DNA of 64,000 bases from Blastocatellia bacterium (GCA_025054955.1 JANWZE010000112.1:2310-66309), one strand, 5' to 3'. Numbered from the stretch's first letter, positions 39,536-49,521 are shown. Notes: generated by a model not told the origin, from the letters alone. Numbers and translations are program-made.

Positions 39536-40411
39536 TCATTCTGAAGAGCGCACTGTCGCTTGGTAGGCAGCGTAGAGTTGGCGAAAGATTGGCCCTGGTT
39601 GACCGTCGCCAATCGGCTCATCATCAATCTTGACCACCGCGAGCATCTCCATCATCGTGCTGCTGAGAAAGACTTCCGATGCTGCTTTGAATTCGTCCAG
39701 TGTGGCGTTCCGTTCAATCGTGTGGAGTCCGTGTTGCTGAGCAAGCTGGAGCACCAAGTTGCGTGTCACACCCGGCAGGATGTGAGGTCCGAGCAACGGC
39801 GTCACCAACGCGCCCTCGTTGAAGAAGAAGAAATTGCTGCTCGTGCCTTCAGTCACGATGCCCTGACGAACGAGCAAAGCTTCCTGCGCGCCGACGCGAT
39901 GGGCACGTTCTTTTGCCAACACGTTGGGCAGAAGATTGATGGATTTAATGTCACATCGTCCCCAGCGTTCATCAGGAAACGTTTTGACGGCAATGCCGCG
40001 TTCCCGCCACTCCAGCGGGACAGGGCGCACAGGCCGCACGGTCATCACGATGGTCGGCGGCACGCCCACCGGAAACAGATGATAACGCCGCGCGACGCCG
40101 CGAGTGATTTGCAAGTAGTACTCCGCCTCGCGCAGGCCGCTGCGGCGAATCAACTCGCGCGCCGTCTCAGCCAGTTCTGCATCAGACAGAGGAATATCGA
40201 GCTCAATCTCACGCAAACTCTGGCGCAGTCGAGCTAAATGTGGCTCGAGCGCAAACGGACGGCCATCATAGACGCGAACCACCTCATATACGCCGTCACC
40301 AAACTGAAACCCACGATCATCAATGGAAACCTTCGCGGAGGCGAAATCCATGAACTCACCGTTGAGCCATACTAACCCTTCTGATGTTGCGTGTTCTTCC
40401 GTCTGGGTCAT
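39536..40411 (-). CDS. dat: D-amino-acid aminotransferase (PLP class IV)
   Basis: DRGFQFGDGVYEV, YLQITRG, RCDIKSINLLPNVL, EGTSSN and LPGVTR motifs. Confidence 0.85.
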   Translation of the reverse strand: MTQTEEHATSEGLVWLNGEFMDFASAKVSIDDRGFQFGDGVYEVVRVYDGRPFALEPHLARLRQSLREIELDIPLSDAELAETARELIRRSGLREAEYYLQITRGVARRYHLFPVGVPPTIVMTVRPVRPVPLEWRERGIAVKTFPDERWGRCDIKSINLLPNVLAKERAHRVGAQEALLVRQGIVTEGTSSNFFFFNEGALVTPLLGPHILPGVTRNLVLQLAQQHGLHTIERNATLDEFKAASEVFLSSTMMEMLAVVKIDDEPIGDGQPGPIFRQLYAAYQATVRSSE

Positions 40412-40412
40412 G

Positions 40413-41405
40413 TCAAAACGCTCCGGCATATCGGATGGGAATGTCAATCATAGTGAGCAAGCCTGGCGCCGCGCGCTGCACTAACGGGATGGCATTGACC
40501 GCCATGGCGACAGTGGCCAGATCACCGTGCGTGCCGCCGGGAATCGTCAGATGAACATCGGGAACGCCCTTGATCCAGATGGTATCAGCCGGGGCGTCGG
40601 CGCCGACGTACATGCGAAGCTCCAGAGTGAGTTTTTCTTCGCCACCCTGCGTCGCGCGACAAATCTGCTTGACGCCAGCCACCTGACCGGCAGCGACGTG
40701 CAAGTACGGCGTGGTCACATCGCGCTCAGCGATGACCGGTTCAATTGTTTCGCTGATGTCATCCAGCGGCATGTTCAGTCCATGAGCGATCATGGCCGCT
40801 GATTCGGGCAAACCGTGATGCTTGATGCGACCGGCGGCAACCTCTTGATGAAACTCTTCAACGGTCAAGCCAGCGCCGACTTTCTTCTGCAACGGAAGCC
40901 GTCGCTGCGCAGCGTCCACCACGCGCAGCACACGCACTGCGTCAACGCGTTGACAGACCGACGAGGCAGTGAGCACCAACTTGTCCATCACATAACCGGG
41001 ATTGACGCCCGTGCCCAGCACCGTCACGCCATTGGCTTTGGCCGCCGCGTCTATCCGCGCAGAAAGTTCCGGCGATTTTCTCAGCGGATAGGATAGCTCT
41101 TCGCATGTCGAAACGACATTGCTACCGGCTTCCACGCACGCAATGAGCTGGTCAACGACGTCCCTGAGATAAGACGAGGTGGAGTGAATGACTACGTCAG
41201 CCTTCCTCGCCAACACCTCAGCCGCGTTGTCTGACACAACGACGCCCCATGTCTCGTCCAGTCCAATGGCGTGAGCAAGGTCTTTCCCAACTTTGTTCGG
41301 ATCAATGTCAATGGCGCCGATGAACGCAGCATTAGGTTTTTGCTTGGCCAGCGCAACGATCGCAGCGCCAATCGGGCCGATGCCGTATTGAATCAATCGT
41401 ATCAT
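40413..41405 (-). CDS. 2,4-diaminopentanoate dehydrogenase / native amine dehydrogenase-like protein (DapB-like N-terminus)
   Basis: YGIGPIG Rossmann fold, VVSTCEEL, GTGVNPG, LQKKVGAG, GDLAT. Confidence 0.78.
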   Translation of the reverse strand: MIRLIQYGIGPIGAAIVALAKQKPNAAFIGAIDIDPNKVGKDLAHAIGLDETWGVVVSDNAAEVLARKADVVIHSTSSYLRDVVDQLIACVEAGSNVVSTCEELSYPLRKSPELSARIDAAAKANGVTVLGTGVNPGYVMDKLVLTASSVCQRVDAVRVLRVVDAAQRRLPLQKKVGAGLTVEEFHQEVAAGRIKHHGLPESAAMIAHGLNMPLDDISETIEPVIAERDVTTPYLHVAAGQVAGVKQICRATQGGEEKLTLELRMYVGADAPADTIWIKGVPDVHLTIPGGTHGDLATVAMAVNAIPLVQRAAPGLLTMIDIPIRYAGAF

Positions 41406-41536
41406 TGGATGAATCCTCTTTGTGAGAAATTGAGCAAACCAAGGCCGGTATTATAACGCGCTCTGCGCGGATCAGCTATTGCCTCATCTGTTTTTGCTTG
41501 TGTGCGCCGCCGGTGAATGTAGTAAACTTGCCCCGC

Positions 41537-42544
41537 ATGTCGTGGGATACGCGCATTCTCAGTCACGCCGAGTTAAGCGCCTTTGAACAGACGACGCGCT
41601 CGATGGATTGGCCAGCGCAAGTCAGGGCGCTGATCCGTCACCAACTGGCGCACTGGCCATTGCTGGCCGAGGGCGTCGAGTCGCTTTCACAAGTATCGGT
41701 GAAAAAGCTCTGGCTGTCGGATTACTGCGTGCTCGCCCAGTTTAATCCGAAACGGCTCGCCAGCGCATCGGCAGCCGTTGACACAGTCTCCGTCCAACAG
41801 CGCCCCTGCTTTCTCTGTGATACGAATTTGCCTGCAGAGGAAAAAGGCTTGGCCTACGGCGATGATCTGGTGATCCTGTGCAATCCATTTCCAATCGTGA
41901 GCCATCATCTTTCTATTGTGCACCGATGTCATATCGAGCAGACGATCATTGGAGAGTTTGAGCGCGTGCTCGAGCTGGCCAAAGACCTGTCGCCTGATTG
42001 GTTCATTCTCTACAACGGCCCGCAATGCGGCGCATCGGCGCCCGATCATTTCCATGTGCAGGCTGGCGCGCGTCAAGGATTGCCGCTGGAGCGCCACGTG
42101 ACGCAGCTTCGCATGCGCTCAGTCTCCCACGCCGATGAGGTTCACGTGGTCACGCCTGAGCAATACCATCTGAATCTGCTCATCGCTCAGGGAGCAAATG
42201 GTCAGGCGCTCGCTCGGTGGTTCTACCAAGCAATCCATCTGTTGACTGAACTCACGGCCAGCCCTGCTGAACCGCTCATCAACCTAATTGTGACGTTCGA
42301 CCAACCAAGCTGGAACGTCTACCTGTTCCCGCGCGCCAAGCATCGTCCGGCGTGCTACTTTGCTGAAGGGGACGACAAGCTGCTGGTCAGTCCCGGCGCG
42401 ATTGATCTGGCCGGTTACGTGGTCGTTCCCATCGAAGCGCACTTTCGCAAAATTGATGCGCCGACTGTCAAGCAGATTTTCTCGGAAGTCACGCTCAGCT
42501 CGAATGTGTTCACTCAGCTCGTTGAACGGTTGAGGAGCTTATGA
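41537..42544 (+). CDS. DUF4922-like HIT-superfamily nucleotidyltransferase/phosphorylase
   Basis: QFNPKR, RPCFLC, NPFPI, YNGPQCGASAPDHFHVQ, SPGAIDLAG. Confidence 0.8.
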   Translation: MSWDTRILSHAELSAFEQTTRSMDWPAQVRALIRHQLAHWPLLAEGVESLSQVSVKKLWLSDYCVLAQFNPKRLASASAAVDTVSVQQRPCFLCDTNLPAEEKGLAYGDDLVILCNPFPIVSHHLSIVHRCHIEQTIIGEFERVLELAKDLSPDWFILYNGPQCGASAPDHFHVQAGARQGLPLERHVTQLRMRSVSHADEVHVVTPEQYHLNLLIAQGANGQALARWFYQAIHLLTELTASPAEPLINLIVTFDQPSWNVYLFPRAKHRPACYFAEGDDKLLVSPGAIDLAGYVVVPIEAHFRKIDAPTVKQIFSEVTLSSNVFTQLVERLRSL

Positions 42545-43962
42545 ACGTTTTCACTGATGAACCGACTATCGCTGTCGGTTTGCTGACGGGCGTCAAGGAA
42601 GTTCATTTCGAGCTTTCCGGCGAATTCCAAACAACGACCAGACAAAGCCTGCGGCCAGGCCAGTATCAGGCTGTCGAAGAGCAGGGGCGCGTTCGCGTCA
42701 TTGGTCCTGCCGGCGAACCGGCGGTTGATGCGCCCGTTGTCATCTTGATGCCACGTGAGCTTTCATCCAGCTCGTTTACGCTGGGCGTCACAATTGGGAT
42801 TGACTTCCATTGGCAGCGCCAGCAGCGGCAGAGCTTTCGTGGCACGCTCAAACTGATGGCGCTACATGAACGGGGCTTGACGGTGATTAACCAAATTCCT
42901 TTGGAGTCGTATTTGATCAGCGTCATTGCGTCCGAGATGAGCGCGCTGTGTCCATTGGAGTTGTTGAAAGCCCATGCGGTCGTCTCTCGCAGTTGGCTGC
43001 TAGCTCAGTTGCAGAAGACAGAAGACCGGAGCCACGAATCACGAACCCCAAACCACGAATCACGAACCACGAACCACGAATCACGGATCACGCATCACGG
43101 ATCACGGATCGTGGATCACGAACCACGACCCACGATCCACGAACTCATCCGTTGGTATGATCGGGAAAGTCACGCTGACTTCGACGTCTGCGCTGACGAC
43201 CATTGTCAGCGGTATCAGGGCATCGGCAGAGCTTTTTCTTCAACCGTGTTCGATGCAGTTGAGCAAACGCGCGGGCTGGTGCTAGTTCACGGTCAAGACA
43301 TTTGTGACACGCGCTTTTCTAAGTGTTGTGGTGGCATGTCAGAAAATTATCGCGCTGCATGGCAGGACGTAGAGGTTCCCTATCTGGTCGGCGTCTATGA
43401 TGGGCCGGACTGGCCTGCCGGCTATGGACTGCCGCTGACCGAAGAAGCAAATGCTGAGCGTTGGATCACCGGCGCGCCGCCGGCCTACTGTCATACATCG
43501 GACGCAACGATCATAGAAGAAATCCTGCCCGACTTTGATCAGGAGACGCGTGACTTTTATCGCTGGCAAGTCTGTTACGCGCAAGATGAACTACAAGCGC
43601 TGTTGCGTCAGAAATTGGGTTTTGATCTGGGCAGCGTCATCTCGCTGGAAGCTATTGAGCGGGGCGTTTCGGGTCGTATCGTGAGATTGAAGATTGTCGG
43701 CGACAAGATGAGCATCGTTGTTGGAAAAGAGTTGGAAATCCGCCGCGCGTTGTCGCCATCACACCTGTATAGCTCAGCATTTATCGTTCGCGCTGAAGAG
43801 GCGGGGCGCGTGCCCGAACGATTTCGTTTGATCGGCGCGGGTTGGGGACATGGCGTTGGGCTGTGCCAGATCGGCGCGGCGGTGATGGCGCGGCAAGGAA
43901 AATCCTATCGGGAAATTCTCACTCACTACTATCGCGGCAGCTCGTGGCGCATATTGTATTAG
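42541..43962 (+). CDS. SpoIID/LytB-domain lytic transglycosylase-like protein
   Basis: LESYLISVIASEM, LKAHAVVSRS, DVCADDHCQRYQG, GWGHGVGLCQIGA, ILTHYY. Confidence 0.9.
   Translation: MNVFTDEPTIAVGLLTGVKEVHFELSGEFQTTTRQSLRPGQYQAVEEQGRVRVIGPAGEPAVDAPVVILMPRELSSSSFTLGVTIGIDFHWQRQQRQSFRGTLKLMALHERGLTVINQIPLESYLISVIASEMSALCPLELLKAHAVVSRSWLLAQLQKTEDRSHESRTPNHESRTTNHESRITHHGSRIVDHEPRPTIHELIRWYDRESHADFDVCADDHCQRYQGIGRAFSSTVFDAVEQTRGLVLVHGQDICDTRFSKCCGGMSENYRAAWQDVEVPYLVGVYDGPDWPAGYGLPLTEEANAERWITGAPPAYCHTSDATIIEEILPDFDQETRDFYRWQVCYAQDELQALLRQKLGFDLGSVISLEAIERGVSGRIVRLKIVGDKMSIVVGKELEIRRALSPSHLYSSAFIVRAEEAGRVPERFRLIGAGWGHGVGLCQIGAAVMARQGKSYREILTHYYRGSSWRILY
43012..43144 (+). repeat. Heptanucleotide tandem repeat inside the SpoIID-like CDS
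   Basis: 16 in-register CACG(A/G)A(T/C)-type units at 43033-43144, preceded by CAGAAGA x2 and CCGGAGC in the same register. Confidence 0.9.
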
Positions 43963-44088
43963 CCGCGCTTGTCGGTCTGAGTTTATGCCAATTGCGGAGG
44001 AAGAGACCGCCTTCTTTGTTGGGACGCTGCTGTGTGAACGCTTGCTGAGGTGTCATGTTTTTGTGTCGCAGCGAAGCACGTTTGTAGG

Positions 44089-44334
44089 GGCGTCGCTGTA
44101 TGGATGCCCGCTGAGAGGGCAGCTAGACGTGCAACGTCTGGGTAGGCGTCACCCTTAATCGTTCGCGCCTTCGATAGCCGCCACCTCGGTCTCCCATCGG
44201 CTCGTTCATGCTCTCCCGTCGCTGGCGGCCACAAACGCGCTGCTCTGGCGCGTCTCAAACGCGCCACGCTGGCTTGCTTTGCTGCTGGAGACGTTGCATG
44301 TCTGGCTACCTTCTTGCAGGCTGCTTGCGCGGCC
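44089..44334 (-). repeat. Family-C REP doublet, inverted degenerate copy
   Basis: AGACGTGCAACGTCTGG, TCGTTCATGC, GGCGCGTCTCAAACGCGC and AGACGTTGCATGTCTGGCTACC are colinear with the reverse complement of 28829-29084. Confidence 0.75.
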
Positions 44335-44488
44335 TCTGGTGGGTGAACCACCATCATGATAACTTCATAAAATGCCCACAGAAGATCGTAGACTGCCGCT
44401 TGGGAGATTCTGTTCCTGCTCTCCCATGTCACTTGGTCAAATATGGTCTTTCGTTGGACTATTGGTGTAAGCTCACCGGCAAATCGCT

Positions 44489-47400
44489 CTAGCGAAATGT
44501 CGGCATGGACTCCAATTCTTCTAATTCATCTTCGGGTAGGAGCGGTTCCGGCTGAGCCTTGCGCCAGCGACGCAAGCGATTATTCAACCAGTTCTGCGCG
44601 TCGTCGAACAAGGTGTACATGACGGGAATCACCAACAGCGTGATGAGCAAACAAAGAGTTTGTCCGCCAATGACCACGATCGAAACAGGACGTCGCAACG
44701 AGGAGCCGGGACCGAAGCTGAACGCCATCGGCAGCATGCCGGCGACGATGGTGATCGTCGTCATCAAGATCGGTCGTAAGCGATCGCGATTGCCCTGGAT
44801 AACCGCTTCGTGACGAGGGACACCCGCTCGTCGCAGCGCATTCATGTGATCAACCTGAAGGATCGAATTCTTTTTCACAATGCCGAGCAAGAGCAGCAGT
44901 CCCACTGCCGAGAAAATGTTGAGCGTTTCGTTCGTCAGATAGAGCGAGAGCAAAGCGAACGGAATGCTCAGCGGCAGGCTGATCATGATGGTGACAGCGT
45001 CCAGATAACTCTCAAACTGCGCGGCCAGGATCATGTACATGAAAATGACGGAGAGCACAAAAGCGATGAAGAAATTCTGCATCGCGCGGCCGAGCTCGCG
45101 GCCACGGCCGGTCAACACAGAAGAGTAACCGGGCGCTAAGCCCATGCGGCTGGTCTCAGCTTTGAGCCGATCCTGAACCTCAGCCAGCGCGATGTTTGTG
45201 CCTTCGATATTGGCCAACAACGTCAACTGCCGTTGCCGATTGAGCCGTTCCACTTGGGCTGGACCGGTGCGCTCATAGAGCTTGACAAGGTTGACCAGCG
45301 GCACGTTTTCTCCACGCGCCGACGGCACATAGATGCTATTGATCAGCGACGGATCGTTACGGAATTCCGGCGCCACGCGCAGCCGCACCTCGTACAACTC
45401 ATCGCCTTCACGCAAAGGTTGCGTGATGCGGTTGTCGCCTTCATAGACGGTGCGCAGGCTACGGGCCACATCCTCGACGCTGACGCCTAGTTGCGCTGCC
45501 CGTTCGCGGTCAATGGTCACACCGATTTCAGGCTTGCCCGTTTCCAACGTCGAGTCCACGTCTACAATGCCTGGGATTGACCGAAGAAAGTTTTGTAAGT
45601 GCTCGGAATACCGCGCCAATTGGGCTAGATCAGGTCCCTGCAAGGTGTATTGCACGGCTGCTGCACGAAATCCGCCGCCAGCAATGGTGGCCACATTTTG
45701 CACACTGGTCCGCAACTGAGGATATTTCTTGAGCAATCGTCGAGCTTGCGCCATCACGTCGAATTGCGTGTAATCGCGTTGGCGTAAATCGGTCAATGTG
45801 ACGTAGAGCGCGCCGTTGTTGACCCGTTGTTGGCTGCCAGCGCCAATGCTGGTGAGGATGCTGACGACGCCGGGCAGTGAACGCAGGTCGCGTTCGATCT
45901 GCTGCATAATCGTATCCATGCCTTGCAGCGAAGTGCCTTCTGGCGCGCGCACCGTCACCTCGAATTGATTTTCATCCTCAAACGGAATGAAGTCTTTGCC
46001 CAACGCCATCGCCAGCGGAACAGTGGAGATGACAATCAACGTGGCTACCAACACTGTCGCGCCGCGATGGCGCAAGCTCCACTCCAGCAGCCACAGGTAG
46101 CCCTGTTCTATCCAGCGATAGAATCTCCGCTCCTTGCTGGCCACCGTCCGCCCATGCGCATTTTGGCGTGCCTTGAGAAATCGCGCGCATAACATCGGCG
46201 TCAGCGTGAAACTGACAAACAGCGAGACCATGATGGCAAAGGCCGAGGTTAGCCCGAAGCTCTTCATGAACCGCCCCACGATGCCCGACATGAATGCCAC
46301 CGGCAAGAAGATCACGGCCAGCGACAATGTCGTTGCCATGACGGCCAATCCAATCTCCTGGGTCGCTTCCTTGGCTGCCCGGCGCGGTGATTTGCCTTTC
46401 TCCTCAATATGCCGATAAATGTTTTCCAGGACAACGATGGCATCATCAATGACAATGCCGATCATCAACGCCAGGGCCAACATCGTCTGTGAATTCAGCG
46501 TGAAGTCGGCGTAGTACATCAGCGCGAACGTAGAGATAATCGAGATGGGAATGGCCAGGCCGGCGATTACTGTCGAACGCCAATTCCACATGAAGAGCAA
46601 CACGACTAACGCGGCCAGAATGCCGCCTTCAATCAAGTGATCGCGAATCGCCTCAAATGACGAATTGATGTAAGCAGACTGATCACGAATGACGCGCACG
46701 GTGATGTCCGGCGGCAGCGATGGGAGAAGCCCGTTGAGCCGGGCCTTGACGGCCTCGATGACCTGCACCGTATTGGCGCCCGATTGTTTGCGCACGTCAA
46801 GCAGCACCGCCGGTTGACCGTCCAACCGCGCCAGCGTCCGCGGGTCTTCGATGGAATCAACGACATAACCAATGTGAGAAAATCGTATCGGCGCGCCGCC
46901 GCGCTCGGTGATGATGATATTCTCAAAGTCGGCTGGCTGCTCAATGCGGCCTAGTGTGCGCACGGTCACTTCGCGTTGACCTGCTTCAATACGTCCGCCG
47001 GGTATCTCCACGTTTTGACTAGCCAAGGCGCGGCGCAATTGCGGGATGGTAATCCCATAAGCGACCAGTTTCTTCGGATCGAAATAAACTTGAATCTCGC
47101 GCTTGCGGCCGCCAATCAGGCGAATCTGACCGACACCAGAGGTTGATTCCAATACTTCCTTCAATTGTCTCTCAGCGATTTCGGTGATCTCGCGCAGGTC
47201 GCGCGGGCCTGAAACAGCCAGCGACATGATCGGCGAGGCATCAGTATCCAGCTTCTCGATGATCGGTGGATCGGTTCCTTCAGGAAAGTCTCGCAGAATG
47301 CGACTGACACGGTCACGCACATCTTGCGCGGCCGTTGCCACATCGCGCTCCAGCGCAAATGTGACGATAACCTGCGAGACCCCTTCGACGGTCACCGAAC

Positions 47401-47641
47401 GCAGCTCGTCAATCCCTTCAATCGTGTTGACGGCCTCTTCGACGCGCTTGGTGATCTGCGTTTCGACCTCTTCCGGCGAAGCGCCCGGCAACACGGTGGT
47501 GATGGTGACAATGGGAAAGTCAACGCGAGGAAAACGGTCCACACCGAGTCGCAGGTAAGAGAACCCGCCAATAACCACCAGCGCAGCGATCATCATGACG
47601 GTAAAGACAGGACGACGAATGCAGACTTCAGCCAGCTTCAT
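44489..47641 (-). CDS. RND efflux permease (AcrB/MdtB-like)
   Basis: 1050 aa; RRPVF, GIVIDDAIVVLENI, GIVKKNSIL, RLRPILMT. Confidence 0.95.
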   Translation of the reverse strand: MKLAEVCIRRPVFTVMMIAALVVIGGFSYLRLGVDRFPRVDFPIVTITTVLPGASPEEVETQITKRVEEAVNTIEGIDELRSVTVEGVSQVIVTFALERDVATAAQDVRDRVSRILRDFPEGTDPPIIEKLDTDASPIMSLAVSGPRDLREITEIAERQLKEVLESTSGVGQIRLIGGRKREIQVYFDPKKLVAYGITIPQLRRALASQNVEIPGGRIEAGQREVTVRTLGRIEQPADFENIIITERGGAPIRFSHIGYVVDSIEDPRTLARLDGQPAVLLDVRKQSGANTVQVIEAVKARLNGLLPSLPPDITVRVIRDQSAYINSSFEAIRDHLIEGGILAALVVLLFMWNWRSTVIAGLAIPISIISTFALMYYADFTLNSQTMLALALMIGIVIDDAIVVLENIYRHIEEKGKSPRRAAKEATQEIGLAVMATTLSLAVIFLPVAFMSGIVGRFMKSFGLTSAFAIMVSLFVSFTLTPMLCARFLKARQNAHGRTVASKERRFYRWIEQGYLWLLEWSLRHRGATVLVATLIVISTVPLAMALGKDFIPFEDENQFEVTVRAPEGTSLQGMDTIMQQIERDLRSLPGVVSILTSIGAGSQQRVNNGALYVTLTDLRQRDYTQFDVMAQARRLLKKYPQLRTSVQNVATIAGGGFRAAAVQYTLQGPDLAQLARYSEHLQNFLRSIPGIVDVDSTLETGKPEIGVTIDRERAAQLGVSVEDVARSLRTVYEGDNRITQPLREGDELYEVRLRVAPEFRNDPSLINSIYVPSARGENVPLVNLVKLYERTGPAQVERLNRQRQLTLLANIEGTNIALAEVQDRLKAETSRMGLAPGYSSVLTGRGRELGRAMQNFFIAFVLSVIFMYMILAAQFESYLDAVTIMISLPLSIPFALLSLYLTNETLNIFSAVGLLLLLGIVKKNSILQVDHMNALRRAGVPRHEAVIQGNRDRLRPILMTTITIVAGMLPMAFSFGPGSSLRRPVSIVVIGGQTLCLLITLLVIPVMYTLFDDAQNWLNNRLRRWRKAQPEPLLPEDELEELESMPTFR

Positions 47642-47644
47642 GCC

Positions 47645-48850
47645 TCACCCTCCGAGCGTGACCCGCGCGCCATCAAACAGCGAGCCAGCATTCTCGATCA
47701 CCACCTGTTCACCTGATTTCACGCCCTCTTGCACTTCGATGAACCCATCAAGGTTCATCCCCAGCTTGACCTGCCGCTCAACGACATGATCACCGTCGAG
47801 CACAAACACCTTGCTGATGCCGACATACGTCACCACGGCGCTCTGGGGCACGACTACCACCGTGGCCTGAGGATTAACAACCAGCCGAGCGCGAGCGAAA
47901 TAACCGGGTCGGAGCTCGCCGCTGTGATTGTCCACTTCGGCTTCAATGGTCAGCGTCCGTGTCTCTGGATTGACAACCGGATTGATGCGCGTGACGCGGC
48001 CTTGAAAAACCTTGCCCGACAACGCATCCACATTGAATGACAGCGGGCGACCGACAGCGACGTTGGCAGCAAATGGTTCGGGCACTTCGCCACGCAGGCG
48101 CAGCGGATTGAGCTTGACCAGTGTGACGACACGGTCGCCAGCCCTGACACGCTCGCCGGCCGAGACGTGCCGCGCCGTCACGCCGCCCGCGATCGGCGCG
48201 CGGATGTCTGTTTTCTCCAGATTCAGCCGAGCCAGCGCCAGCGCCGCGCGCCGTTGTTCAAGTTGCATCCACAGATGGCGAGCTTCTTCCAATGCGCTTT
48301 GATACTGCGCTTCGGCAATGCGAAAATTGGCTTCGGCTTGATCTAGCTCCTGCTGTGAAATGACGTTTTCTTCTCGAAGCTGACGCAAGCGGTTCAACCG
48401 TAGCACACGGTCATCCAACGACGCTTTGGCTTGTTTGACCATCGCCGTTTGGTGTGGATCAAAGGTCTCTTGTCCTTCAGGGATGCCCAGTCGAACCCAG
48501 ATTTGTTTAAGCGCCGCCTCAGCCTCCTGCAGTCGCAATTGAAAATCGCGTTTGTCAACATGGGCGATGACCTGCCCTGGACGAACTACGCTGCCGATGT
48601 CCACCGTGATCTGCGCGATGACACCTTCCACTTCACTGCTCACGATCACTTCATCATCGGTTGCCAGGACGCCAACAATTTCAATCGTCCGGGCTACTGT
48701 TCGCGCTTGAGCCGGCGCAACCCGGACCGTCGCCACTGTCGCCGGTTGCGCATTGGCGCTGGCCGGAGGCTGATCGCCCTTGCTTGAGCACCCGGCGCCA
48801 CCGAGCGCGAGCATGATACCACAGCACGCCACCATCCAACTTCGACTCAT
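47645..48850 (-). CDS. RND periplasmic adaptor (membrane fusion lipoprotein)
   Basis: Lipobox-like GGAGC, VSSEVEG, IRAPIAG, LRPGYF. Confidence 0.93.
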   Translation of the reverse strand: MSRSWMVACCGIMLALGGAGCSSKGDQPPASANAQPATVATVRVAPAQARTVARTIEIVGVLATDDEVIVSSEVEGVIAQITVDIGSVVRPGQVIAHVDKRDFQLRLQEAEAALKQIWVRLGIPEGQETFDPHQTAMVKQAKASLDDRVLRLNRLRQLREENVISQQELDQAEANFRIAEAQYQSALEEARHLWMQLEQRRAALALARLNLEKTDIRAPIAGGVTARHVSAGERVRAGDRVVTLVKLNPLRLRGEVPEPFAANVAVGRPLSFNVDALSGKVFQGRVTRINPVVNPETRTLTIEAEVDNHSGELRPGYFARARLVVNPQATVVVVPQSAVVTYVGISKVFVLDGDHVVERQVKLGMNLDGFIEVQEGVKSGEQVVIENAGSLFDGARVTLGG

Positions 48851-49521
48851 GATGACTTCTTCTCCTTCTTCGATTGCAACACGCCATGCAAGAAGACTTG
48901 CGCAAACAATCGCGCTGCTTGGCGACTGCTGAGCTTCACAATCTTGCCCTCCGGATCGAATAACTCTCTGACCTGCGCCTGGTAAACAACCATGCCGAAA
49001 AATGCTCGCGCCATCGCCTTGGGCTCTACGGGACGATAAACGCCGTCTTTGATGCGTCGGGCGATGTAATCGGCAATGAACTGGAAATTCGGTGCGGCCT
49101 GCGACTGAAAAAACATCCGGCTCAGCTCATGCCCCTCCAACGCGCTGTGCAACAAGAGGCGCAAGAAAGTCCCATCCTGACGGTGCAATTCCAGAAGGCC
49201 ATAGGCGAGGTCTTCAAACAGCGCTTCGTCATCCAGGCGCTCAATGTCGCGTTCGAGCACGCTGCGTATCTTCTGTTGATACTCGCTCATCTTGAAATCA
49301 ATGATGGCTGAATACAAATCCTGCTTGGTGGGAAAATGACGAAAGATCAACGCTTCGTTGACGCCTGCTGCTGTGGCGATTTCTTTGGTCGTCGTCCCTT
49401 TGAATCCCTTTTGAGCGAACTGTTGCATCGCCGTGCGAATGATTTGCTGCCGTCGGTCGGCGGCGGTCATGCGCAATGGCTTCGCTCGTTGTTCAGTCAC
49501 TGCCAGTCCTGGTGCGGCCAT
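48847..49521 (-). CDS. TetR/AcrR family regulator
   Basis: FAQKGFKGTTTKEIATAAGVNEALIFRHFPTK HTH; GAGGAG RBS before ATG 49521. Confidence 0.93.
   Translation of the reverse strand: MAAPGLAVTEQRAKPLRMTAADRRQQIIRTAMQQFAQKGFKGTTTKEIATAAGVNEALIFRHFPTKQDLYSAIIDFKMSEYQQKIRSVLERDIERLDDEALFEDLAYGLLELHRQDGTFLRLLLHSALEGHELSRMFFQSQAAPNFQFIADYIARRIKDGVYRPVEPKAMARAFFGMVVYQAQVRELFDPEGKIVKLSSRQAARLFAQVFLHGVLQSKKEKKSS

Noticed and set aside
43983..44492. ORFs 43983..44432 and 44208..44492
   Set aside because: They overlap the degenerate family-C repeat and show no protein-like features.
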